This document shows positions 53,957 to 64,000 of a stretch of 64,000 nucleotides of DNA, piece by piece. The translations under genes were made by a program, and so were the position numbers. Each line of letters opens with the position of its first letter. The first letter of the stretch is position 1. A model generated the notes under the pieces. It did not search any database. It was not told the DNA's origin and saw only the letters and a list, made by a program, of their open reading frames with translations. Source of the stretch: Lingula anatina (taxonomy: Eukaryota; Animalia; Brachiopoda); assembly GCA_051362555.1 (NCBI GenBank), contig CM120643.1, forward strand, positions 23,130,848-23,194,847, given 5' to 3'.

Positions 53957-55006
53957 CTAAAACGGTTGACGAATCGTTTATCCTGCATTTAATATGAAAA
54001 ACGGTGTTAAATTTAGTGAGTCGCCTATTGGGGGTTTGTTTTGGGGCATTGGCATTTACTTTTCTATTTATCTATATATATATTAATTTACTAAAAATGA
54101 CGTATAAAAACTTGAGATTTTTTAAAGCTGGACGGGCAGTCATACATGCGGGTTGAAGGCAAGTATCTAATACAAATCATGTTTGGAGTTTTTCTTTGTT
54201 TATAATTACATTTTACGCGTGCCGTGAGCAATTAAATTCTCACTGCTTTACAGCAGTAAAGTTATTGATTGTTGAAACATTATTTTGTTATATATAGAAT
54301 TTTATATTTGATAAAAGATGGACACTTTGTCAATATTTGAATCTTGCAAATCGTCTGATGTATAACAAAGATAAATAGCTGGTAATAACATATTTAATCA
54401 TGTATGACCGTTTTTATTGTTTATGCCTATATTTTACGTGAAAGCGATTAATTTTTCACCATTTTATATGCAAAACATTTGGTGTAACATCATGCATTGT
54501 GCCATAAATCTCACATATTTTCTTTCGTAGGCCTATCCGGTGTATCACTTAGAAGAGTTTAGCGGCGATGATTACATTTCTGAATTTACGCACACATTTC
54601 AATGTGACTATACTTAACGCTTCAGCAAGCAATTCCTCACTGTCACACAGTCATAAATTTGATGTAACATTATTGCTGAAATATTTATGAATAAATATAT
54701 TGTAAAAGATTAAGCCAAATGTTCGTCTTGCATGTTGACCATTATAACGTAGAAGAGATTCACATGGAGGGTTTCATTTCTTCATTTCCGTTGTCAGAAA
54801 ACTAGACTGTCGCCCGTATTCTATAAGGTCACTCACACTCACACTCATAGAGTGCCACTTGACACTCAATGAGTGAAAGGTTTACCTCAGACTTGAACCT
54901 TTCACAGACCTCACTCACACTCATTCAAGTTATTAATTTTGAGTGATGGTTGAGTGTGTGGTACACCTCCCTCAACATTCACTCAGTTCAATGTTTGTTT
55001 ACCAAA

Positions 55007-56095
55007 ATGGCGGATGTGTGGCTAAATAGAATAGAAGACAATAATAGATTACAACATGTTGGCGGTCAAGTGCGAAGAGAGTACAATTTTGACTATGAAA
55101 AGTATACTGACGAGGAGTTCAGAAGACGTTACAGACTGACGAAAGACGCCTTCCAGGAATTGTTGCGTTTGGTAATACCAATGATAGCCCCTCATAATGA
55201 AAGAGGCAATCCAATCCCTGCAGATATACAGCTGCTACTTACACTGCGTTTCTATGCCACTGGCACCTTCCAGATGGCTTGTGGAGATCTCTGTGACATT
55301 TCCCAGTCATCTGCAAGTCGTATCACCAAAAGAGTATCAGAAGGTATTGCTTCGCTTAAACCACAATTCATACGGTTTCCTGAAGGACAAGAACTTCAAA
55401 ATATGAAGCTAGGATTTTGGAGGATAGCCTGTTTTCCAGGCGTTGTGGGTGCTATCGACTGCACTCACATCAAAATACCATCTCCAGGTGGTGTGGATGC
55501 AGAACTGTACAGAAACCGGAAGGGCTACTTCTCTATCAACGTTCAGGCTGTATGTGGTTACAATTTGGAGATGTTGCATATCGTGGCCCTGTGGCCTGGT
55601 AGTGTACATGATGCACGAATATTTGACAACAGTCGTCTGTGTGCACAACTTGAAAGAGGGGATACAGAAGGTATTCTGCTAGGCGATGGGGGTTACGCGT
55701 GTCGTCTATATATGATGACTCCAATAATAAACCCACTTACAAGGCCAGAGCGTTGTTACAATGCTTCTCAGATACGTACCCGAAACACAGTTGAACGAAT
55801 GTTTGGTACATGGAAACGCTTGTTTCCCTGCCTCAGCATGTCCCTTCGCACAAAACTACAGACCACTTTGACCATCATTATCGCCACAGCAACTCTGTAT
55901 AACTTTGTAAGAGCCAGGAATGACCCCATGGATGAGCCACCTCCACAGAATGCACCGAACCAAGTTGTAGCACAGTTTCCTGTTCCAGCTAGAGGATTGG
56001 GCAATGCAGCCAGACGTACCATAATACAGCACGGTGTTGTTCTTGCTGCATTGCCAAGCATCGGGATTGAGCAGGAGTGGCCTGGGTTTTCCTGA
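55007..56095 (+). CDS. HARBI1-like DDE transposase
   Basis: Uninterrupted ORF with FRRRYRL, LRFYATG, GAIDCTH (D), NRKGYFSINVQAVC, WPGSVHD, LGDGGY (D), RNTVERMFGTWK (E). Confidence 0.92.
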   Translation: MADVWLNRIEDNNRLQHVGGQVRREYNFDYEKYTDEEFRRRYRLTKDAFQELLRLVIPMIAPHNERGNPIPADIQLLLTLRFYATGTFQMACGDLCDISQSSASRITKRVSEGIASLKPQFIRFPEGQELQNMKLGFWRIACFPGVVGAIDCTHIKIPSPGGVDAELYRNRKGYFSINVQAVCGYNLEMLHIVALWPGSVHDARIFDNSRLCAQLERGDTEGILLGDGGYACRLYMMTPIINPLTRPERCYNASQIRTRNTVERMFGTWKRLFPCLSMSLRTKLQTTLTIIIATATLYNFVRARNDPMDEPPPQNAPNQVVAQFPVPARGLGNAARRTIIQHGVVLAALPSIGIEQEWPGFS

Positions 56096-56754
56096 CCGGC
56101 GGAGTGGATGAAGTGGGTTGCTTTCCAGTCTCATCTAGATCTGTAATAGTGACAGTTGATGGAGTGGGTTCATCATCAACATGGCTATCATGTTGAATGT
56201 CATGCTGATCGTCGCGTACAGCATCTTGTTTATCTGTAATGAAGTATTGCAATAAAGTAACCATTTTACAGTTATACTTTGTCATATACATTCAAATAAC
56301 TTAATAGTGTGCGGAAAATATGACAATCTATTTATACAGGCAATTACAATATCATCAATAGCAGTAATAATAAACAGCATTCTAGGTAACTACTACGAAT
56401 AAATCTCCACATTGTCATCATCATAGGGGTTGGACAAACTGTCGATCTGTGATGGTATAATGGCTGCTACAGCAGAGGCAGTTTCACCAGTCAGCTTTGC
56501 TTCCCTCTTTTCCTTTGCAATAGACTTCTTAGCCCGAGATTTTATATTTCCCCAGCATTTTTTAGTTGCTTGCTGTCCCGTTTCTTCACCCCACTTTGCG
56601 AGTTGAACTCCTCTGACAAGCTTTCCCATGTATCGTTTTTCTGCTTGATCATTTTGAAGTCATTTTTTTTTTTACATTCCCGAACGGATTTGTTTTTGTC
56701 CACTAATTCAGTCAGTAGAGACTTCTCTAGCTCAGAGAATTATTGTCTGGACAT
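56030..56754 (-). pseudogene. Harbinger Myb/SANT-like DNA-binding partner, disrupted
   Basis: MSRQ*FSELEKSLLTELV..KQKNDTWESLSEEFNS..RDSKQLK/CWGNIKSRAKK..EAKLTG: stop at codon 5 and a 1-nt frameshift near 56560. Second exon starts near 56234 and is truncated. Confidence 0.82.
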
Positions 56755-59603
56755 GGTGACTGCAGTCAGACTGACTAAAGTGATGTGCACACTCAATACA
56801 AGGAACTATTACTCAAGTGTCACTTAACTGAGTCACAGTTGAGTGAGCTTAGTGAAAGTGAACACATGTATCATTCAATGAGTGTGAGTAGTCACTCATT
56901 TTATTGAGATCACACTCACACTCACACTTGAGTTACTCTTCAGCCACACTTGAGTGAAACTCAGTTGAGTGTGAGTAGAGTGTGAGTGTAAGTGACCTTA
57001 TAGAATACGGGCGTGTATCCTTTTTGTTTTTTTTTCGATATGTTGACATTTTCAAACATGAATTCCTTTTTACTTCGAGTGAAGCCATTACGAGATGCAA
57101 GCATGATACTAAAAACCACAAAAACAAATGTCTGTTCTGCCTATTTAATTCACTGAAATTGAATACTTTCTATAAATTAAAATAGAATTTAAGTGATTTA
57201 AAAGCAAATATATTAAGTTACAATTTTAATAAAATGGTGATCATATTTACAAATAAAAGAAAACACTAAGAAATATGCTAAAACAACTTGATTGTCAGAA
57301 ATCGGGTCCGAAGGGTGTGAACTCCCAAACCAGAAGCACGTTGAATAGGTAGATTAGTCCTGACATTTTCTTATTATAGTATTTCAAGACAAAATGCTCA
57401 CTCAGAATAATATGTGCACGGAGTAATTATACCTCTTAGCTTTCATCGCCCCAAATGTGCCCATGAAATGTGATGTGGTCCAGTTACTGCACTACTGAAT
57501 TCGCTGATTTTAGTGAGCACTATGAGACTGGGTTCCCATACATAGACCGATCCAGCTGGATCGATCTAACTTCCTGGGGAGTCTCACTAAATTGTTACCA
57601 ACTAACCAGCTTAAATGTCTGTCACGCCTACCAAATCAGCTAGGGTGTAAATATGATTACCCCCTAACAGATTTTGCTCAATTCCATCAGCATAGCGTTG
57701 ACAAACACTTGGTAAGCACGAATAGTATTATCCTTGTACTCGAGAAAGTCGGTAGTGTTCACCGCTGTAGTTTTATATTAATGGGCACTGCAAATGTTTT
57801 TTCTCTGGATTGCCGCTTGAACATTCTGCTTGATTTTGTGTCTATACACACAACATAGCTACCAAATCTTGGCACTAAAATCTTCTCCTTTCGATGGAAG
57901 ACATTTTTCTTTTCAAAACTTGCATGTTTTCACCGTGACACTACTTAACTAAGATCAACGTGTAATAAGTTAAATAATACCCTTCAAGAGTAAAAAGAAT
58001 AAAATATTTGTAATTATACCTCTTAGCTTTCATCGCCCCAAATATTTTATATATAAATATAGATAGATAGGAGATAGAATAAAGTGCAACTTCTCAAAAC
58101 TTGTTTTACAAGAGGTTACAGTGCTTATGATCACCAGTTTGATATCAAATATCCTCCATTTCTATACACCCTGTCAATAATGTTAGAATTAATCCTGTAT
58201 ATAATTATCTTATTGCACCCTATGTATTATGGTATACGAATTTGCATAATATGTACTGTACAATATGTGCCATGGCTTTATGACTGCATTTAATAAAGAT
58301 GTGGATATGATAACGCTATGCGTCGGTACCCTCTACTGGGGTTATATAGAGAATTTTAAACACTACCTATTCACAGATATGTCTCTTGCTTTTTCTGTGC
58401 ACATTTCTCTGCGAGCGAGCAAAAGTGCCGTCATCAGCCGGCTGGCCTCTCGTATGGAGTATAAAATGGGGACAAATAATACTAGACTGTAATGTAAACT
58501 TTATATATACCACTTTTCTTACAAATGTGAAATGCTACAATTTTTTTTCGTCAAAAATAATACTTAATTTTTTTTTACAAATGACATAGGGCTTTCAGCT
58601 CATATGCCAATAATAGCTAAACCAACAGTTGAAATTCTGCACAAAAATAAAATATTTACAAGGTTTTTCTTTTAATTAGTAAAATGGCACCCGTTGTATT
58701 CAACCTGTCTTTCTGTACATTTTGAATGGACGTCCTGGCACTTTTAAATAGATACGTGTGTGTGTTCGTGTGTGTGCGTGCGTGTGTGATAGGATTAAAT
58801 ACTTGCATCCCTTATAAGTGCATTTTACAAATAATTATCAAGAATGCGATAGCCCACAAGATCGTCACGTTCCTTACCATTCAATTACTACGTTGATATG
58901 CCACCTCTTATCACAGCCTGCAATATTTGGCGTGTTATGACGTGTTCCACATAAAGTTATGACGCGTGCCACATTGTATCATGACTTATTACACATTGTA
59001 CCATGACGTGTTACAGACTGAAAATACATGATGCATTCAACATGTAAAAATAAAACACTTGAACTTATATGGCTTCATATACAGCACAGATCCTCTCCCT
59101 TCTAATTCTTGTCAATCACACATACTATTTACCAAGGACTACCCATTAAATTTGTCTTCTGGACAATTGTTAATTCCTTCAATATCGGTTCTTTGTTTCT
59201 TCGATTGAACAGCGTTTCATTCATGGCAGTGAATTGGTCAGCAACGTTTTGAAAGCTGCGTTGGTTCCATTGAAGTCAAACCGCATGTGCAAAACGTGTA
59301 ACACCTTCCAGTTTTTGCATGTTAAATTTATCCTTCCATTAAATGAACGTATTGGGCTACGCAGGATTGCATAGGTTGGTCAGAAGTTTGCACTGTAGTA
59401 ACGTCATACTGTTCACTGAATTCTATGCTAATAACTGCATTTCTCCATTGAATACTATCTGTATTTAACTGGCTACTGATGCCATTGTTTTCGGTTTCTC
59501 AGTATTTACTCATGGTCAAACAACGTTCGAAATATAAAAATAAATAAATAAAAGCGGCAAAGGCAATTTTGAATTTCCCGCAATAGTTGAATACCATCTA
59601 TTC

Positions 59604-62600
59604 TCACTGTGCCGCAGCAGTCAAGTTCATTGGTTGTTTAGCTTTCTGCGTTGTCACGTGATTATCCTTGAGGTCAGTGACCCCTAGGCCGCGGTCAATG
59701 AACCTGACAGGTACTTCCTGACCCGGGGAGAGAACGCCGCGGCAGGTAGGTACCAGCGGAAAACCATCATAGGGCTCCAACCGGAAATTCTGTATAATCT
59801 AAATGGAACAATGTACCAAGAGATCAGCGTTTATCCATAGGCATTTATAATTTATTCCTTTTTAATTACTTAAATAAATAAATAAACAATTAATATTCTG
59901 ATAGGAGATAAAGACAAATAGGAAACTAAATCGTTCTTAGCAATCCTGGTATTTTATTTTATTTTATTTTATTTTATTTTATCTTATTTTATTTTGTAGA
60001 TTCATCAAATTTGCATAGATTAGTAATAAGGTTAAAAATAAAACGGATTTTGCAAAAAGATATTCATATTAGCGAAAAAATACAATGACAATAACATAAT
60101 CATGAATTTACTCACCCTAATAAGAGCCAAATGCAACTCCAATAAAGCAACGCGGCGTCCTGCAAAACAAAATAACCAGATGCAGGGATTTGCTCACTGT
60201 CGGCCAATAATCGAACGTCTCTTTCCCCTAAGAATTTCATTCATTTTTATTTTCAGATAGTTTGCACCGTAAGGTATCAGAACCTGCTCGTTTTTAATGA
60301 AACTGGTGATGATATGAGCATCAAAGCTTTTGCAATGGTAACGCAGGGGTTACGTTGATATTTCAGAGACGCAAACAACCATGTATATTAAATATATCAA
60401 ATACGTGAAATCAAAATAATTGCAAATGTGAAGTCTAGGAACTTCTCTTTGATCCACGACAATCTTACTTTTACAAAGTCATGATGGCGGTCGTGTTTTG
60501 CTGAATTTTGACTCTTGACTTATCTTGACTATCTTAACTATCTTATCTATCTTGACTATCTTATCTTGATTTTCCAAATTTTAGGTAGTAACATAGGGAT
60601 AGGCAAATGTGAAGTATTTTCATCAATAAGAATAGTTTGAAAACTCATCTCTCTGCCTACAATGAATGTTAAAACCTGAAATCAAGATGGCTACCACAAG
60701 ATATGGGTATTGCATTCTGCTATTCGGGCAGGGTTTTTTGTCCGAAATTATATATTTTATATTTGTGTTATACTGAATAAGAAACTAGGATCGTTTGAAA
60801 TAATAAAGGTTAATTAAAATTTCACTGACCCACGACCTATTGACAAAATTGCCTTACAAAAAATACATAACAAAGAGAAAGGTAACCATATCAGGGCCGT
60901 ACGCTGTGAAGGGGGAGCGGGGGGACTTACCAACACAGCTCCGCACGCCGTATCCAAAGGGCAGGACGCTGAAAGCATGGTGGTCGTGAGCCGTCTCTCG
61001 GTCCCAGCGATCAGGAATAAAATCATTTGCTCGCTCGAAATATTCATCGCTCCGTTGAACATTATAAAATCCCAGAGCCAGCAGACTCTGTAAATAATAA
61101 CGATTTTTTCAAAACTCTTTAACTTAAGAAGTGATAGTTCATATAAAAATGCTCGATACTTAACGTTCATTTCACACAAATTTAAAAGACTTTAGACATG
61201 TAAAGCATCTTAATTTATCAATTTTTAAGTTTCCGTGAAGATGTTTAGTGAGTAATGCAGTAATGAGTTTTAAAGAACCTTAAATGTGTGTCTCAGGGAT
61301 TAAGAGGTCTAAATAATAATAATAATAAGAAGAAGAAAGGAAAAAAACTGACTGTTGATAACCTTTCGTCAAAATAAGTTTCAAAAGAAAGTCTATTTAA
61401 TTTCTATAAAAGAACATCGAGACAAAATCTTCTTACGTCTTTTGGGATGAGGTATCCTTCCAGTACAAACTCCTCTGTCACCATTCTGGCATTAATTGGC
61501 ACCACGGGGTATAATCTGGAAATAACCATCATTTCATTTTGGGTGTTTGATTTCTTACCATATGTAACAGTAATGTTGATGTCAAAACTTTTATGTACCA
61601 GAGGTATTACCACCCGTTGGAGATATATGACACTTCGTTAATTGTATTCAATAACTCATGAAACTTAAAGAACTACCATTTGCCCCATTAAAAAAATTCT
61701 ACGATGTAGCTTAAATTGTCCATAACTAAAACAACGCGTTGATTACCCAAATATGAACCATAAAACATGACTTAGTATCGCCTACCTGAATGTTTCCTTG
61801 ACGACCTTTTTCAAGACAGGTAAATTGGGTATATCCTCTGCTGTGGCTACGCGACCCTTGAGAACACTGTCAACTTCCTGAACCAATTTTCTTTGTTCTT
61901 CAGGGTGGTTTGCCAGCAGATGGCATGCAAAACATATTGTATTGGATGCCTATAAATGAGAGAATCCTGTGATAAAATCGTACCGGATATAATGAGTATT
62001 TCAATTGGCGTACAATGTGAACAGTATACTACCTGCGTTCAATAATAGAAGTACCTGAAGTTCATATTTCCTTCTGAAATTTGCAGGAAAACATGGAGGT
62101 CTAAACGACTGGTCAGTCAAGCAGAGCTAAATCATTTACTTAAAGACGATATAAAGCACCAAATCCAAGAGCAGTGAAGAGTCGAGCAATGATTCTTGAG
62201 TGGATTTGTTCGGGGGATATTCAATGTGGCGGCATTGTCCGAAATAGGCAACTTCTAAATATTACATAGGAACATGCAAAAAAGAAAAGAGGAAAAGAGC
62301 TTTTCTTGCTGAGTCCATTTTTTTTTTATCCCAGAGAGCAAGACTTTTTAAGTGCCATCTTCCTCAGGATATTAGTGTGCAATTTAAGGGGTGACTCGTC
62401 AACCAAATGGTGACATTATAATGGGTATTATTTTGCAAGGGGGGGGGGGGGAGTAAAATCAAAGCGTCAGCTTCTTGGAATATGAAACAAATCTGTTTAA
62501 GTAAAAACTCATACTAATGCAGCAAAAATCAGGCCATTTACCAAAAAAAGCCCATTATATTGTTCGGTAAATAACAGAATTACACATTGATGGGTTTCTC

Positions 62601-63327
62601 GCGCCTACAGCAATATCAAAATTTACAGAGCACAAAAGAGCAAATAAGAATCTCTTTTTTTCTCACCGTGTCTACCCCTCCTATCATAAGATCCACCATA
62701 GTGGAGTGTATTTCCTTAATGTCCATACTCCTTGTAGCCATCAGGTACGTCAAGAAATCCATGCCCTCGTCGGCATCCGGAGTCGTGTTCTCCAGCTTAT
62801 CGGCTATCTCCGCAACCCGTGTGTCCACCAGGTGTCTCACTAAAAACACGAACAATATTTCCTTGAAGTAAATGCATGAACATCACTTGATTGGATTAAT
62901 AATTTTTACAGAAAATCCCGATTTGGTAGTTCAAAGGAGACATAGAGATATGGAATATTTACACAGAGACACAATTTTCTGGTTTTGGTGACCATTGAGC
63001 TTCCTGGCCATATTTCTGGTCACACAAGAGATGTACAAAAGAGGTAGATCTGTATAAAAGGGGGCAAACATAGGAAATTCGTTGCTTTGAGTATTTTTCC
63101 ATCATCATATGAATTTCATATCTTACCAACGTCAAACATGCCGTCCCAGGCTCTAATGTGATCTCGCCACCATTTTGTTTGGTATTTCTCCTGCAACTCC
63201 ATCAAGACAAAGAGACGCTCTGATGTCACCAACATCGTGTTGACATTGTCAATGAACTTTTGCGTCATCGCAGGAATTTCGGTTTGGAGACACCCAAGTC
63301 TTTTTTCGAAGAGCACTTTACTTACAG
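59604..63327 (-). CDS. Mitochondrial-clan cytochrome P450, 3' part (5' exons beyond window); exons 63327-63127, 62839-62667, 61949-61786, 61515-61437, 61087-60931, 60159-60116, 59798-59604
   Basis: VLFEKRLGCL, I-helix GGVDTASNT, K-helix KETFRLYP, FIPDRW, heme motif PFGYGVRSCVGRR. Exon phases are consistent. Confidence 0.92.
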
Positions 63328-63513
63328 CTAAAATCAACAGAAAAAAGACAAGTTCTACTGAGGTTTTAATAAAGGCAGTAGCGCTGACCGATAAACATTT
63401 TGTGGCCTGTAGCGGCATTTCTCTTTTGATAACATGTTGTTGTTTGTCTATATATCAATGCATTTCACACATAAAAACATCAAAGACACCTGTTGGATGT
63501 ACAGAATGGTTAA

Positions 63514-63860
63514 AGAGATAATAAATCTTCGTTTTGGCCAAAAATTGAATTTTCCTGGAGTAAACAACAATTTTAACAATGGTAAATGAATCCATTTTTA
63601 CATTCAAAGTTAGTCCCTTTTTTTCTAAAAAGTGTATTATTTTTTTATAATCTCTTTCGCAGTTTTAATACTAATCTTAAGAGATTATAACACAGTATAG
63701 CCATCAATGGAGGTCACGTGGTCTAAAGACAAGCTCAGATATCAGAATAATAGCTATAACTACTGTTTTTGTGGTAAAACAGAATATATTATATTTCTAC
63801 GGGTTGTTCACAATGTATTTATTGTGAAATATAGACCTCATACGAAGAGTTATTATCCCT
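63514..63860. mobile_element. ~345-bp TTAA-flanked non-autonomous element, copy 2 (P450 intron)
   Basis: TTAA (63510-63513) agagataataaatcttcgt ... acgaagagttattatccct TTAA (63861-63864); collinear with 49374-49710. Confidence 0.88.
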
Positions 63861-64000
63861 TTAATCAGATTGTGTAAGTGATATCACAGGAGACTAGGCT
63901 TACGACATTCCTTTCCGTTATATAGCGATATGGTATTGGTGCATTATACATAATAATTTTTAAAAACTGAAGTATATCCCCCTAAGTGCGATTCACTTAC

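Larger units (their letters stand above)
54811..57013. mobile_element. PIF/Harbinger DNA transposon (2.2 kb)
   Basis: 36-bp TIR cgcccgtattctataaggtcact(c/t)acactcacactc with one mismatch, 3-bp TSD TGT (54808-54810, 57014-57016), subterminal ACACTC/GAGTG arrays, convergent transposase and Myb genes. Confidence 0.93.

Noticed and set aside
55197-56134. Alternate-frame and antisense ORFs over the Harbinger transposase
   Set aside because: Shadow ORFs of a GC-richer coding region with no motifs of their own
1-64000. CRISPR arrays, operons or prokaryotic contamination
   Set aside because: No repeat-spacer arrays; the bacterial-like genes contain spliceosomal introns and sit among animal genes

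Overview
AT-rich, intron-rich animal genomic DNA, probably a marine invertebrate (inference from gene content and repeat types). I reconstructed seven spliced genes by hand from GT-AG boundaries: (1) a secreted single-VWA-domain protein (+); (2) a bacterial-like AhpD/CMD-family peroxidase-related protein with a mitochondrial-type leader (-); (3) a small secreted six-cysteine CS-alpha/beta-like peptide (-); (4) a myristoylated KY-like transglutaminase-fold peptidase (-); (5) TBC1D32/broad-minded (+, about 32 coding exons); (6) a peroxisomal enoyl-CoA isomerase ending in SKL (+); (7) the 3' part of a mitochondrial-clan cytochrome P450 (-). Non-coding content includes one tRNA-Val(TAC) gene and an adjacent ~1.47-kb tandem array carrying degenerate tRNA-like Pol III cassettes. 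Mobile elements are a 5.2-kb decayed Kolobok-type transposon in a TBC1D32 intron (with a nested LINE fragment), a PIF/Harbinger element with an open transposase but a dead Myb partner, and several MITEs. Family assignments rest on remembered motifs; no database search was run.
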